NCBI GenBank assembly: GCA_038087875.1
Contig: CM075977.1
Span: forward strand, 334,614,001 to 334,678,000
DNA length: 64,000 bases
Direction of reading: 5' to 3'
Source of the DNA: Malacoraja senta
Taxonomy: Eukaryota
In this document: positions 1-12,735 of the stretch, in pieces
Numbering within the stretch: position 1 is the stretch's first letter
Layout of the letters: every line of letters begins with the position of its first letter
The notes under the pieces: generated by a model
What the model was told of the DNA's origin: nothing
The model's database searches: none
Seen by the model: only the letters and a program-made list of their open reading frames with translations
Program-made: the position numbers and the translations under genes

Positions 1-215
1 AAATGAAATGCAATGAATTTTAGACCTGTCCTCAAAGTATTTTTGCCTGTACTCAATTCACAGCATGTCTCCCTTTTCTCTGGGTGAAAGAATATAAAAG
101 AGAGATGGCTTTTTATTTATGGCACACTCTTTGCAATTGCTTTGTCCATCTGCTACAAGAAGGTAACTGGCTTGACATTTTACATCTGCATTTACCTTTT
201 ATTTTAATTAAACAG

Positions 216-365
216 ATGCCTTTGAACCTTACAAATGCTGTGGCAACAGCACAACAACTCCTGGCTTATACAGTGGAAGCAGCAAACTTTTCAGATAAGA
301 TGGATGTCATTTTTGTGGCTGAAATGATTGAAAAGTTTGGCAAGTTTGCAGAGAAATACAAGGAG
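216..365 (+). CDS. ADGRA3: ADGRA3/GPR125 coding exon (start of GAIN region): MPLNLTNAVATAQQLLAYTVEAANFSDKMDVIFVAEMIEKFGKFAEKYKE; upstream exons lie outside the window
   Basis: aacag|ATG acceptor, GAG|gtggga donor, 150 nt phase 0/0; peptide nearly identical to vertebrate ADGRA3 as recalled. Confidence 0.95.
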
Positions 366-1730
366 GTGGGATGCTTTCTAATGATTTCATTATATAATAT
401 ACCTATCAATATTTAAATATATTAGAATTAGAAAAAAATGGATACGCTTATGCAAAAAGTGATAGGATGTTTAGCCCATGAATGGATTATATTTTAACTT
501 GTACAAGAGTTACTTTACACAATGGTCTAATTTAAGAATGTCAGATTGATGAATGACAGATTATTTTGCTCCTAACTGCTGCACAGTAGCTTGCTAATGA
601 ACATATCTTCCCAAACCTATTTTTATACTTTTTGTCCTTGATCTCTCTGATAGAAATGGAATTCCTTGCTAACTTTGGGAGGCCATATCCCATATTGTAT
701 AAACCTGCAATTAGTTTTGTTTTCTCTGAGATTTCTGATCATCTACTTCTCAAACAAATACATTTAATCTTTTTTTAAAAATGCTCATTAGGAAATTAAG
801 GGGTATGATCTGCAGAAGAGCAAACTGCATGATTGAAAATTAACTATTTATTTAACTAATATTAACAGAATTTTGAAATTATTTAATGAATTTGACTGTG
901 AACAAAAGACAAATATAGTGGTACATATTACCAATCTCTATTTTCTGTATCTACAAAATGTTTGAAGAGTTATATAAATTATATTTAATTTCTGCCTTGC
1001 AGTTGTTATAATTGTTCAGTCTGATTGTCATCCAGTTTGATGTCAGCATTATTCCTTAATGCCACAGATACATTACGGATAGCTCACTATTATGTGAGCT
1101 GATGCAAGACAGTTGCAAATTCACTACTGTAACAGCACAATTGAATAGTTAGGAAGGCAGGAAATGTTGTTTTGTATTTAAGTTGCTTGGCATTTGTCTC
1201 AGTGAGAGATTAATTACATGTCCTTGCTCGTCCAGCAACTATCAGACAACCGTTTTGTTGCTCATGGATTTACGTTGCTTAAAGAAAAATGACATTCTTT
1301 AAAAAGTTTAATGTTTTGCTTGGTTAAGACCAAACAGTGATATGGTGGAAGAAATTCATGTAATCTGTAAATATCATAAAGATTATATTTCATTTCATGG
1401 CACTAGAAATATTGCAAAAGTTCAGGACTTAGACAATAGACAATAGGTGCAGTAGGCCATTCAGCCCTTCGAGCCATTCAATGTGATCACGGCTGATCAT
1501 CATGATCATGTCTTGTCTTGGCATCCAATTTGTCAAAGGAAATGCAATCATACCGTGAGTATCTTGTACAGAGTTATTTAAAACAAAAATAAATTATTTG
1601 TATTTTGTGCCAACGTTTACTAGTTTTTCACGTTTGTCACAGTGGCTGCAATAGTTTATACTGTTCAAACGCCTGGAGATATTTTTCTGTCAAGGGATTA
1701 TATTTGAAAAATAATGTTTATTCCTTTTAG

Positions 1731-1892
1731 CTTGGAGATGTCATGGTGGATATTGCGAGTAACATCATGTTAGCAGATGAACATGTCCTCTGGATGGCAC
1801 AATGGGAAGCTAAAGCCTGCACTCGAATTGTTCAGTGTTTACAACGGATTGCTACTTACAGGCTAGCCAGTGGAGCTCAAGTTTATTCCACA
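1731..1892 (+). CDS. ADGRA3: ADGRA3 exon (LGDVMVDIASNIMLADEHVLWMAQWEAKACTRIVQCLQRIATYRLASGAQVYST)
   Basis: ttccttttag| acceptor, ACA|gtaaga donor, 162 nt phase 0/0. Confidence 0.95.
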
Positions 1893-2134
1893 GTAAGAAT
1901 GGTGTCCTTAAAATATTCTGCAGCTATTGTGTTTTCTGCATCTGTTAAACAAGTCCACAAAAATCGTCATTGTCTGACTTGTAAACAACAGCCATCTAGC
2001 CATGCTAAGCCATCTAATTTTATTATAAAATAAAGCATACCATGTCACCCCTCTTTTTATCATGACTTCCCACACCTGATAGAGGTGTTGATTATTTATA
2101 TATGTGTGCTATAACATGCTTTCACAAGTGTTAG

Positions 2135-2835
2135 TAGAATTAGGCCATTCGGCCATAAAGTTTACACCGCCATTCAATCATGGCTGATCTCTGCCTCCTA
2201 ATCCAATTTTCCTGCCTTCTCCCCATAACCCTTGACACCCGTTTTAATCAAGAATTTGTCTATCTCTGCCTTAAAAATATCCACTGACAGCCACCACAGC
2301 CCTCTGTGCCAATGAGTTCCACAGATTAACTACCCTCTGACTAAAGCCCCTGTCCCACTGTACGAGGTAATTCACGAGTTCTCCTGAGTTTTCCCCTGAT
2401 TCGAACTTGGAGAATGTCCGTAGCGGATCCATAGGAGTTCGTGGATGTCTCGTAGGTACTCGGGACATCCGGTAAACTCGTGACGTTTTTTCAACCCTGT
2501 AAAAAATGTCCACGAGTAAAAAAATACTCGTGATGAAAATGTTTTTAGACCATTACGAAAATGTTCGTAGTTAGACCATTACGAGCCGCTACGAGACATC
2601 CACGAACTACGGACCCGCTACGGACATTCTCCGAGTTTGAATCAGGGGAAACTTGGGAGAACTCGTGAATTACCTCGTACAGTGGGACAGGGGCTTAAAG
2701 AAGTTCCTCCTCACCTCCTTTCCAAAAGAGCGCCCTTTAATTCTGAGGCTATGACCTCTGGTTCTAGATTCTCCCACCAGTGGAAATATACTTTCCACAT
2801 CCACTCTATAGTATGACTTTCATTATTCTATATTT
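2135..2835 (-). mobile_element. CR1-type LINE 3' fragment interrupted by a Harbinger-type MITE
   Basis: FSQRVVNLWNSL C-terminal CR1 ORF2 motif; removing the MITE restores ctctgactaaagaagttcc. Confidence 0.8.
2345..2695. mobile_element. PIF/Harbinger-type MITE (near-palindromic)
   Basis: Long TIRs starting AGCCCCTGTCCCACTGTACGAGGTAATTCACGAGTTCTCC; TAA duplication at 2342-2344 and 2696-2698. Confidence 0.85.
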
Positions 2836-2857
2836 CTGATGGTTATTTTTCTTGCAG

Positions 2858-3070
2858 TATTCTCCAAACATTGCAATGGAAGCTTCTGTGGTGAAAGCCA
2901 ATGGCTTCACTGGATTGACCTGCACCGTCTTCCAGAAAGTCACCATGGCAGATCGATCAGGACTAGCTGACTTTGGGCGAAGAGATCCTGATGGCAACCT
3001 AGATAAACAGTTCAGTTTTAAGTGCAGTCCTGGCAATATCAGCAACACACTTTCTAGTTTTGTAATCAAG
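2858..3070 (+). CDS. ADGRA3: ADGRA3 exon (YSPNIAMEASVVKANGFTGLTCTVFQK...SFVIK), GAIN domain
   Basis: ttttcttgcag| acceptor, AAG|gtaagc donor, 213 nt phase 0/0. Confidence 0.95.
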
Positions 3071-3493
3071 GTAAGCAGGCAATTAGGTATACGTCACAGG
3101 CATGCACATATTATTATTTAATATTATGCTTTATATTTGCTCTGATAATACTTGCTCAGTGACTTATATTCAAGAAGTGGTTTTGCAAGGATAGGTAAAT
3201 TAACACTGAAACTAGGAGGTTTTTTTTTGAAGGAATGCCCGTGAATATTGGCAAAAAGATTTGTTAATGTTATTGAATTGCCAGTAATTACTGGCAAAAG
3301 ACATTTGGGGTTTATCTTTTCAACGTCATTTTAGACTGTTTTAACCTTGCTAATTATTTTTAACAAAATATTGCAATACATTCAAGGAGCAAGGAAAGAG
3401 ACCTGGCAGGGGTGGGAAACTGCGTTGGTGCCTTTCAGAGTTTTCACAATGTCTATATTCCTCTATACTCTAATGTGGTAACATTCTTTACGA

Positions 3494-5211
3494 GTCAAGT
3501 CAAGTCAAGAGAGTTTATTGTCATGTGTCCCAGATAGGACAATGAAATTCTTGCTTTGCTTCAGCACAACAGAATATAGTAGGCATGAATACAGAACAGA
3601 TCAGTGTGTCCATATACCATTATATAAATATATACACACATGAATAAATAAACAGATAAAGTGCAAATAAACAGACAATGGTCTATTAATGGACAGAGAT
3701 TTGTTTCAGTTGAGTTCAATAGCCTGACGGCTGTGGGGAACCAGCTATTCCTGAACCTGGACATTGCAGTCTTCAGGCTCCTGTACCTTCTACCTGAAGG
3801 TATCGGGGAGATGAGTGTGTGGCCAGAATGGTGTGGGTCCTTGATGATGCTGCCAGCCTTTTTGAGGCAGCGACTGCGATAGATCCCCTCGATGGTAGGG
3901 AGGTCAGAGCCGATGATGGACTGGGCAGTGTTGACAACTTTCTGCATTCTTTTCCGCTCCTGGGCGCTCAAGTTGCCGAACCAAGCCACAATGCAACCGG
4001 TCAGCATGCTCTCTACTGTGCACCTGTAGAAGTTAGAGAGAGTCCTCCTTGACATACCGACTCTCCATAATCTTCTCAGGAAGTAGAGGCGCTGATGTAC
4101 TTTCTTAATAATTGCATCAGTGTTCTCGGACCAGGAGAGATCTTCAGAAATATGCACGCCCAGGAATTTGAAGCTCTTGATCCTATCCACCATCGACAGG
4201 TTGATATAAACGGGACTGTGGGTCCCCATCCTAACCCTTCCAAAGTCCACAATCAGTTCCTTGGTTTTGCTGGTGTTGAGGGCCAGGTTATTGAGCTGGC
4301 ACCATTTGGTCAGTCGATCGATCTCTCTTCTATACTCTGACTCGTCCCCATCAGTGATACGTCCCACAACAGTGGTGTCGTCAGCGAACTTTATGATGGA
4401 GTTCGCACTATGACCGGCTACGCAGTCATGAGTATAGAGTGAGTACAGCAGGAGGCTGAGCACGCAGCCTTGAGGTGCTCCCGTGCTGATTGTTATCGAG
4501 GCTGACACATTTCCACCAATAAGGACTGTGAATGGTGAAGTCGAGGATTCAATTGCAGAGGGATGCGCAGAGACCCAGATCTGAGAGCTTGGTAACCAGC
4601 TTGGAGGGGATGATTGTATTAAATGCCGAGCTGTAATCAATGAATAACAGCCTGACATATGAGTTTTTGTTGTCCAAGTGGTCCAGAGCAGAGTGGAGAA
4701 CAGCGAGATCGCATTCACCGTTGATCTGTTGTGCCGGTAGGCAAATTGCAGTTGGTCCAGGTTTTTGTCGAGGTAGGAGTTGATTTGTGCCATGATCAAC
4801 CTCTCAAAGCACTTCATCACCACCGACATTAGTACCACTGGTCGATAGTCGTTGCCTTGCTCTTCTTGGGCACCAGTATAATTGATGCCCTTTTAAAGCA
4901 GATGGGAACCTCAGACCTCAGAAGTGAGAGGTTGAAAATGTCCGTAAAAACTCCAGCCAGTTGGTCCACACAGGTTTTTAGAACACGACCGGGTATACCA
5001 TTAGGTCCAGGTGCTTTTGAGGGTTCACCCCTCTGAAGGATTTTCTGACGTCGGCCTCTGTGACTGAGACTGAAATATCATCACAGCGAGTGAGGGCTCG
5101 AGAAGGCACATCAGTGTTCTCCCTATCAAAGCGTGCGTAAAACGCATTGAGCTCGTCAGGGAGTGATGTTTCGTCGACATTTGAGCTACCTCCTGATTTC
5201 GCCTAGTAGGA
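3494..5211 (-). mobile_element. Rex1/Babar-type LINE, 5'-truncated, frameshifted RT
   Basis: ORF 3561..4838: KCFERL, QFAYR, TGAPQGCVLS, KFADD, FKFLGVHI; 3' tail ...gacaataaa(cttga)n. Confidence 0.88.
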
Positions 5212-7144
5212 GGATCATACTTAAATGATAGTTAATTGGAACTATGTTATTAATTTCACAAATGGTATAGATTTTTGTTACGGTAAACTAGAACATTACC
5301 AACCTACTTGTGTGGTTTGGGGAACTCTTGAGAGCTAATTGTCAAGACACTCGTGTAGTCCCCAACCTAGACGACGGTAGTTTTAATTATAGCAGGAAAA
5401 TATTGCATTGGCTGGCACCGACATTGCTTGCTCCTTTCTCTGAATGTTTATTCAAAAGTGTGAAAGCATGAAATTTGGATAATTTGTTTTTTATAGACCA
5501 ATTATCCGGTGGCTTAATCAAGCAGGACAACTATTTTTAATAGGAAAGTCCTGCACTGAACTTAGGCAGTGGGAACTGGTACCAGATAGGAACAGTTCAG
5601 GGAATAGCATCAAGGCAGAATATAATGTAGGTTACAAATTCCTCGTATGTTGCAAAACATACTTGGCTAATAAAGGATGATTATGATGTTATACACCACT
5701 GCTGTAGGAGGTTGTGTAGTAGAATTGCTGTATATTAGTTAGAAGGAACTAACAAATAGTTCTATCCCACAGGGATTTGTGATCTTCTTATCACGACTTT
5801 GAAAAAGCAGAGAACTGTGTGCAGTGAATGTACTGCAAAACTTCCAAAAAGGAGGGCAATTCAATACCTTCGTACAAAGGATGATTAAAATGTGAAATTA
5901 TTTCACATGAAATAGTCGATTTTGGTTGATCAATTTTATTAATAGACAATAGGTGCAGGAGTAGGCCATTCGGCCCTTCGAGCCAGCACCACCATTCACT
6001 GTGATCATGGCTGATCATCCAAATTCAGTACCCCATTCCTGCCTTCTCAAAGCATATGGAGCCAATGCAGGTGTATGAGGGCAACGATTTGGTACACTTA
6101 GGAGTGAAATATTTTGACAGTTTGGGTTGGAATATATTTGTTTGCCTTTTTCAAGCATGCTATAAGAGTTTCAAGTGAATTGCGTCCTTAAAATGGTCCA
6201 AACTTGAGGTAATTTTAGCTCCACTGGATTAACAGCAATAATGAGAAACTAGGCCATATAATGGGTGTAATAGTGATCAAAGCGATCTTTAAGAAGCTGA
6301 CATCATTCTATACTTGACTACCCTTCCACTTACATAAATTTATTGTCTAAATCAATGGCAATCAAACGTATGAGGAAAAATTCCACAGACTTTTTGGAAA
6401 GTGCAAAACCTCGAATCATGGAAGTTTTGACATGCAATGTAAACTGATTTAACTGTAGTTAGTACTAGGTAATAATAATTGCAGGACAAATTTGTGCTTA
6501 TTTTAGAAATTCCAATCATTCACATTGCTTTTGGACTTCAATCAACCCTGATTACAATAAATTTAAAACATTGTGAAATGAGTAAGTTGTTTATCTGAAT
6601 TATTTTTCTGCCTCTTCAGTTGTTCCTGAAGACTGACTCAAATTTTCTAGATTACTGCTGAGCAGTTTAACTTTGCACAGTCTGAATCCTGTGTCAGTGA
6701 AACATTAAATGGATATCTTTATTTGGCCTGAAAAAATGTGCAAACATACTTCTGCAGTGCCAAGTATTGGTACTTTGAGCTAGTTGAATGGATAGGGATG
6801 GCAGACCAACATTGGATAACTGATCACCCTTGTGTGATGATTAAATATTTTCTAAAATTGCTGTGATCATTCTTCCATTCGTAGGGCTTCATTGCCTATA
6901 AAGGATTTTGGATCTTGCACAGGGTGTAAAATGTGGAATGTAAATCCAAGTATTTTTGTTTATTTTCACTCTGCAGTATCGTGTGATAGTCTCAAAGATG
7001 ATACTTCTCACTCAGACAGAATTTAAATTGACCAAGTTATTTTTAAATCATTGTGTTTGTGTCTCTTTACTCTTTTTGGCAAATGACAAATCATAATCAT
7101 TTTTATGTGAAATTTCTAAAACTATTTATTTGAATACTCCATAG

Positions 7145-7352
7145 AATACCATAGCAGAGGCATCTATTCAATTGCCACCATCCTTGTTTTCCCAAATTCC
7201 TGTATCAACTCAAATGGACGATGCAGTCTACAAATTACAGCTTATTGCTTTTCGGAATGGCAAACTTTTTCCAAGCACGGGGAATTCTACAAATTTGGCA
7301 GATGATGGAAAGAGACGGACTGTGGCCTCTCCAGTCATCTATACTAAGATAG
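7145..7352 (+). CDS. ADGRA3: ADGRA3 exon (NTIAEASIQLPPSLF...KLQLIAFRNGKLFPSTGNSTNLADDGKRRTVASPVIYTKI)
   Basis: ctccatag| acceptor, ATAG|gtaggg donor, 208 nt phase 0/1. Confidence 0.95.
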
Positions 7353-8198
7353 GTAGGGAGGTACCCAAATTTCATTTCTAATTTCTGTTTTTGATAAATA
7401 CTTTCAGCAGTTATGAGGAACATGAATAATTAAAATGTGGAGTATAGAGTGTTGGAGGGGTGATTTATTTATTTCATTGCATAATTGGTATTAGAATTTT
7501 AAAAATCATCCTTGCCATAGATACCTTGTAGATGTTTTTAAATCATGCTTTTGAATTGAAAATTCACAATCGCAAATGTTAACTAGCAGTGCATGGGACC
7601 CGACCCTTGATTAAACACAAAAGTTGACTTCCACCTTACTCATTCTGATTATCTTAGCATTTAGCCAAACAACTTCACTGTAGAGTTGTAATATTAGTAA
7701 ATGTGCCAGTTGGTTACAAGCAGATATTTTGAAGAAATCTTAAATCATTTTAGAGGTGGTTTGTTGTTCCCAAAGTGAGGACTATTTTAATGAAATCATT
7801 AAATAGATGAGGAGAAAAGGATCTTCACCCTAGGTAAGCAGTCATTTCTAGCTCCTCCCCCCCACCCCACCTCCCTTGCAGCACTTCAATAAGTCCTATC
7901 CATTAAAGATAGACACAATCGAAATGCCTGTTAGTGCAATATGAAATGTTGATTTTTACTAGGTAGATAGAACTCATCATTTGTACAATTCCAATTATAA
8001 CTTTGTTCTGAATCCAAAGAGAAAATATAATATATCTGTATCCCAGACTCCACAATTTTGCTGGTGACATGTCTCCACCAGTGTGGATGAATGGTGTTAG
8101 TAAATCCAAAAGTAGGAAAAGATAATGCAGCTTTTAGATATGCAAATTTATGCTCTTGGATCTGCAGCTGCTAATTGATCTTTGCTTTCCTTTAAAAG

Positions 8199-8407
8199 AT
8201 GACACCAGTCTATATACTCTCAGTCAACCTATCACTGTGACGCTGCGTCGTATTGCACATGGAGTGGATGCTATTGCTGCCCACTGGGACTTCAACCTTC
8301 TGAATGGTTACGGAGGATGGATTTCTGATGGCTGCCAGATTATCACATCGGATGAAAATGTCACCACAATACAATGTTATACTTTGAATAACTATGCAGT
8401 ATTGATG
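8199..8407 (+). CDS. ADGRA3: ADGRA3 exon containing the GPS motif (AAHWDF...GGWISDGC...QCYTLNNYAVLM)
   Basis: ctttaaaag| acceptor, ATG|gtaaag donor, 209 nt phase 1/0; GPS W/C pattern. Confidence 0.95.
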
Positions 8408-8657
8408 GTAAAGTCTTGATATTGCATGTTAATGCATAGAAACATTTTTTTCTCCTTTAGTTCCTTTTAAGCTGTCAATAAATAATGCTAAACATCCCCC
8501 AACTGATGATTTTTAAAGCAATTCTAAGTAACTCATTGCAGCCACAGACTGGATGTCAATGACTTCAGAATTGTAGAAATCTGAATAGTCCATCTTCCTT
8601 CCTAATGCATGCAACAGCATACCCACATTCAATATTATACTTTCATTAGAAGGCATT

Positions 8658-8815
8658 AGAGCTCTAGGGGCTAGTGGAGTCAAGGGATATGGGGAGAAGG
8701 CAGGCACGGGTTATTGATAGGGGACGATCAGCCATGATCACAATGAATGGCGGTGCTGGCTCGAAGGGCCGAATGGCCTCCTCCTGCACCTATTTTCTAT
8801 GTTTCTATGTTTCTA
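8658..8815 (+). mobile_element. CR1 3'-tail fragment (similar short tails at about 1431-1500, 5938-6048, 27010-27148 and 53165-53300)
   Basis: gggatatggggagaaggcagg...ggctcgaagggccgaatggcct...(ctatgttt)n, shared with the longer CR1 copies at 34023-34413 and 41785-42592. Confidence 0.7.
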
Positions 8816-9321
8816 TTACTACAAGCGGCCCAGCGTAATGGCTATTCAGGTAGTGGAAAATCATCCTCAAATAATTCACAAATCACTGCCTAAAAATTGA
8901 GAAATTGAATAAAATCTGCTCACTAAATTTGTGAGAAAAATAAATAAACACTTGTTTTTCAACAGTTTCTTGGTGCATACGCAGATGATGTAGCTTTGCA
9001 TTATGGAAAATCGTAATACGGACCATTTTCTAGGAATGCATCACCCCTCCTCCCCAAACGCATGGGTCACCCGTCCAGACATTGTCTACTGTACAAGACT
9101 CATTAAATTGAATGGTGCCCTGCCTATTCTTAGATTTTGCCTAGTCTTTCAGTTCATTAAAAAAACCCTCAAGATGTTATCTTGCAGCTGGTTATGAGAC
9201 TCTGCTGCTTTTATAAACTGTAACTATGTTATTCGTGGCATTATTTGTGCTGTTATTTCCTTCATCCTCCCTGACAAATATATATTTGTGTCTTTAATTC
9301 TGAATATTGTTTGCCCATCAG

Positions 9322-9446
9322 GATTTGACCAGTGCTGATTTCCTACAACAATCTGTTGCCCTCTTGCATCCAGTAATATATGTTGCTGCAACTATATTGC
9401 TCACTTGCTTGGTCATAATTATCATAAGCTACATATATTACCACAG
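9322..9446 (+). CDS. ADGRA3: ADGRA3 exon, TM1 (DLTSADFLQQSVALLHPVIYVAATILLTCLVIIIISYIYYH)
   Basis: cccatcag| acceptor, CACAG|gtaatg donor, 125 nt phase 0/2; absent from the ORF track, read manually. Confidence 0.93.
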
Positions 9447-9889
9447 GTAATGCTTTTTCTAACAATCAATGTTATATAGGAATTGTGGCGTCGTTTCAAG
9501 TAGTGCAATTGATATTTGAATAAAACAATCTCAATGCAAAACCATTTACTACAGATTTTGAAACTGCATTGTTTAAAATATGTGCTCAACAATGTAGGGC
9601 TCGCACTGGTTATCCATTTCACTCTAGTTTAAAAGTGGAAAAATGCACATCAATACAACCCAATGCCAGGCGCCCAAAGAAAGGTCCAATCACCTATCCA
9701 TATTCTCCTGAGATGCTGCCTAACCTGAGTACTCCAGCACTTTGTGTCATTTTAAGTTAAAATGCCCTTCAGATTAGCTGACTATTTGTATGAGTTGAGG
9801 GTCTAAGTTTGTTTTTGGTACAGACATATTATTAGAATTGACTTGAGGCTATTTGGTAAAATTTCTGATAATATGTTCTGTAATGGCAG

Positions 9890-10013
9890 TGTGGTCCGGA
9901 TCAGCAGAAAGACCTGGCACATGTTGGTGAACTTCTGCTTTCACGTTTTCCTTACGTGTGCAGTGTTTGTAGTTGGCATCAATCAGACCAGGAATATTAG
10001 TGTTTGCCAAGCG
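9890..10013 (+). CDS. ADGRA3: ADGRA3 exon, TM2 (SVVRISRKTWHMLVNFCFHVFLTCAVFVVGINQTRNISVCQA)
   Basis: atggcag| acceptor, GCG|gtaagt donor, 124 nt phase 2/0. Confidence 0.94.
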
Positions 10014-11211
10014 GTAAGTAAAATTATTTTAATTTATTTCTAATTGCCAAGTAATTACAGGATTATTTATAACAGTAGGACTATTTGTTCAAAATAAAAT
10101 TTCAAGTAAAATCAAAAATTGAATGAAATATATCTGAAGACTAGTTGATTGGAGAGTGCATTGATCTGTAATTTCAGATAAGTGACAAAATTATATTTTG
10201 GAATGATGGCTGGATATTATCACCACATTTCTTTGAACATCATTTTGTTCTCATTCAAATAAGGGTGGTCAGTGCTGCAAAGTAAAAACTGTTTAGATAT
10301 TTAGTTGGGAATGTCATTATATTAGCATTCCTAAAGTAAATGAAATATAACTTGCCGTTAAACAAGTTGAGTATCAAAAGATGTCTCCCAAATCTCCACC
10401 AATGACAGTTTCCAAACCATGCAATTTCTCTGATATAAACGAGTGCTAAATTGGTAATTGTGGTAATTGGTAATTTTGTGCTGTAGACTTGCACCATTGG
10501 AAACAATGCAAAGGAAGGAATGTTTGTAGTTTTAAATAACTGAAGTACAGTAAGAAAATTGGCATGCTTGCAAATTTTTAACAGTGCATCAACACCAATA
10601 CGTTAGCCTAACTATTACAAAACACCATACAAGGGCACAAAGTGCTGGTAACTCAGCAGATGAGGCAGCCTCTCTGGAAAACATAGACAGGTGGCATTGT
10701 ACCTCAAAACCTTTCCTCACAAAAATTAGCTAATTTTGAAGAAGGGTTTTGAACCAAAACATCACCTATCCGTGATCTCCAGAGATACTGCCAGACCTGC
10801 TCACTCCAGCACTGTGTCCTTTTGTGTATTACCCAGCATTAGAGTCGCTTGATTGAATGTGGGAAGAAATTATTACATGTTAAGAAAACTGGGATTTATA
10901 GTTGAAATGTAGAAGCTGAATAAATAAAATATAGCAAAAATGGGTTGGTTAAAATATCAAAGAACCAAGTATTGGTTCTTCAAAATATTTGAGGAACTGT
11001 CAATGTGAAGATAAAAACATTGTGGTTCTCTATAGACACTATCTATTGTCTGTGTTTCATTGTTAAATATGTTTCTCACTGTAATGTTTTATAGTGGAAT
11101 TCTGAGACATAAACTCATTATCACCGCAAGGCATCCCACAGTTTTATGACTGGCTTCCAGATTATATATTTCCATATTTTCTCATGTGTTAAATCTTTAA
11201 AATAAATGTAG

Positions 11212-11357
11212 GTTGGGATCATTCTACACTATTCTACTCTTGCCACCATCTTGTGGGTTGGTGTCACAGCACGAAATATTTTCAAACAGTTGACGAGGAA
11301 AGCAAAAAAATCTCAGGATCCTGAGGAACCTCCTCTCCCACCTCGGCCAATGTTAAG
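11212..11357 (+). CDS. ADGRA3: ADGRA3 exon, TM3/ICL2 ([48 protein letters not shown])
   Basis: aaatgtag| acceptor, TTAAG|gtaggc donor, 146 nt phase 0/2; read manually. Confidence 0.94.
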
Positions 11358-12087
11358 GTAGGCAATGTATTTCACGTTCCACCATTCCTAACACACTATA
11401 TATCTAGAGTTAAAAGGCAGCTGCAGTCTTGAGTTTAAAAGATTGCACGGTAATTAATTTCCAGCAGACAAAATTCTGAGAGGACCTGGTAGAGTGAATG
11501 CAGAATAAAATATTCCTTAACTATAGTTTACAGAACCAGGTGTCAGTCGCAGAATAGTCAGTCAACTATTCAGGATTGAATGAGTAGAAAGTCTATCACT
11601 CAGTGAGTGGTGAATCTTTGAAACGAGTGTTGTGGGGATTTCTATTTGAGACGGTGTCAATAGATGTTTTGGATATTGAGGTATCCAAGGATATGTATTC
11701 CTGCAGGAAAGTGGCACCTCATTAAAAGATAATTTATGATCATATTGAATGGCTAAACTATTAAATGACCTAATTGTTACTTATTTGAGTTTGTACTTAA
11801 TCATGTAGACTTTTTGAAGCTGTTCCATTATTTTAAATGTGAGTTGATAACATGTTTTTGATAAGTGCTGTTTTTACTGAGGAAGATATCCCCATTTTAA
11901 ATTAATTATTTCATAAAGTTAGGAATGCACCTTTTGATCTTGCCTTGGGTTAAAGTCTTGAACCTCTCAAGAAGAATCATCTGATTATAGGTTTCCTGGC
12001 TTGTGTAAAAACATGCAGATACTGGTTAATTTCACACTGGTAATTTTCATTCTAATCTATTGAGGAAGCATCATAATATAAACTAGT

Positions 12088-12420
12088 GGCCAGTACGGTG
12101 GTGCAACGGTAGAGTTGCTGCCTTACAACACTTGCAGCGCCAGAGACCCGGGTTCAATCCCAACAAAGGGTGCTGTCTATGTATGTCCTCCCCATATGTA
12201 TGTTCTCCCCGTGACTGCGTGGGTTTTCTCTGAGATCTTCGGTTTCCTCCCACACTCCAAAGACGTACAGGTTTGTAGGTTAATTAGCCTGAGTTTGTAT
12301 ACTTGGTATAAGTATAAATTGTCCCTGGTGTTAGGCTGGTGTTAATGTGCGTGGATCGCTGGTCGGTGTGGACTCAGTGGGCCGAAGGGCTTGTTTCCGT
12401 GCAGAATCTCTAAAACTAAA
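12088..12420 (+). mobile_element. tRNA-derived V-SINE (HE1-like)
   Basis: A-box/B-box (ggtggtgcaacgg / gggttcaatccc), V-domain gttctccccgtgactgcgtgggttttc...ggtttcctcccaca, LINE-type tail (ctaaa)n. Confidence 0.8.
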
Positions 12421-12735
12421 AAGTTTGAAATCAATTTATCAAACCAGGAAAGAAGGCAGGAGAATATTTCAGATTTGAATCAAAGTGGCTGCAAATATAA
12501 AATTTACAAGGAACAGATGAGAAAAAATGTGAAGGAGGATTTATAATGAACTGTCGACATGGGAAGGGGAAATCAAATAGAATCTTGTGCTGAAAGAGTT
12601 AGAGGAGAATAACTGTGAGGAAGTTCATATAACTATTGCATGCATATGTTGAGATAAATAGTATGCATCGTACAGAAACAGGTTATGTATTTCTGCTAAC
12701 ACTAATCAAAATATTGTATTTTGCTTTCAAATATA

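Noticed and set aside
12088-12165. tRNA-like A/B boxes as tRNA genes
   Set aside because: They are V-SINE heads followed by the V-domain and LINE tail; no cloverleaf.
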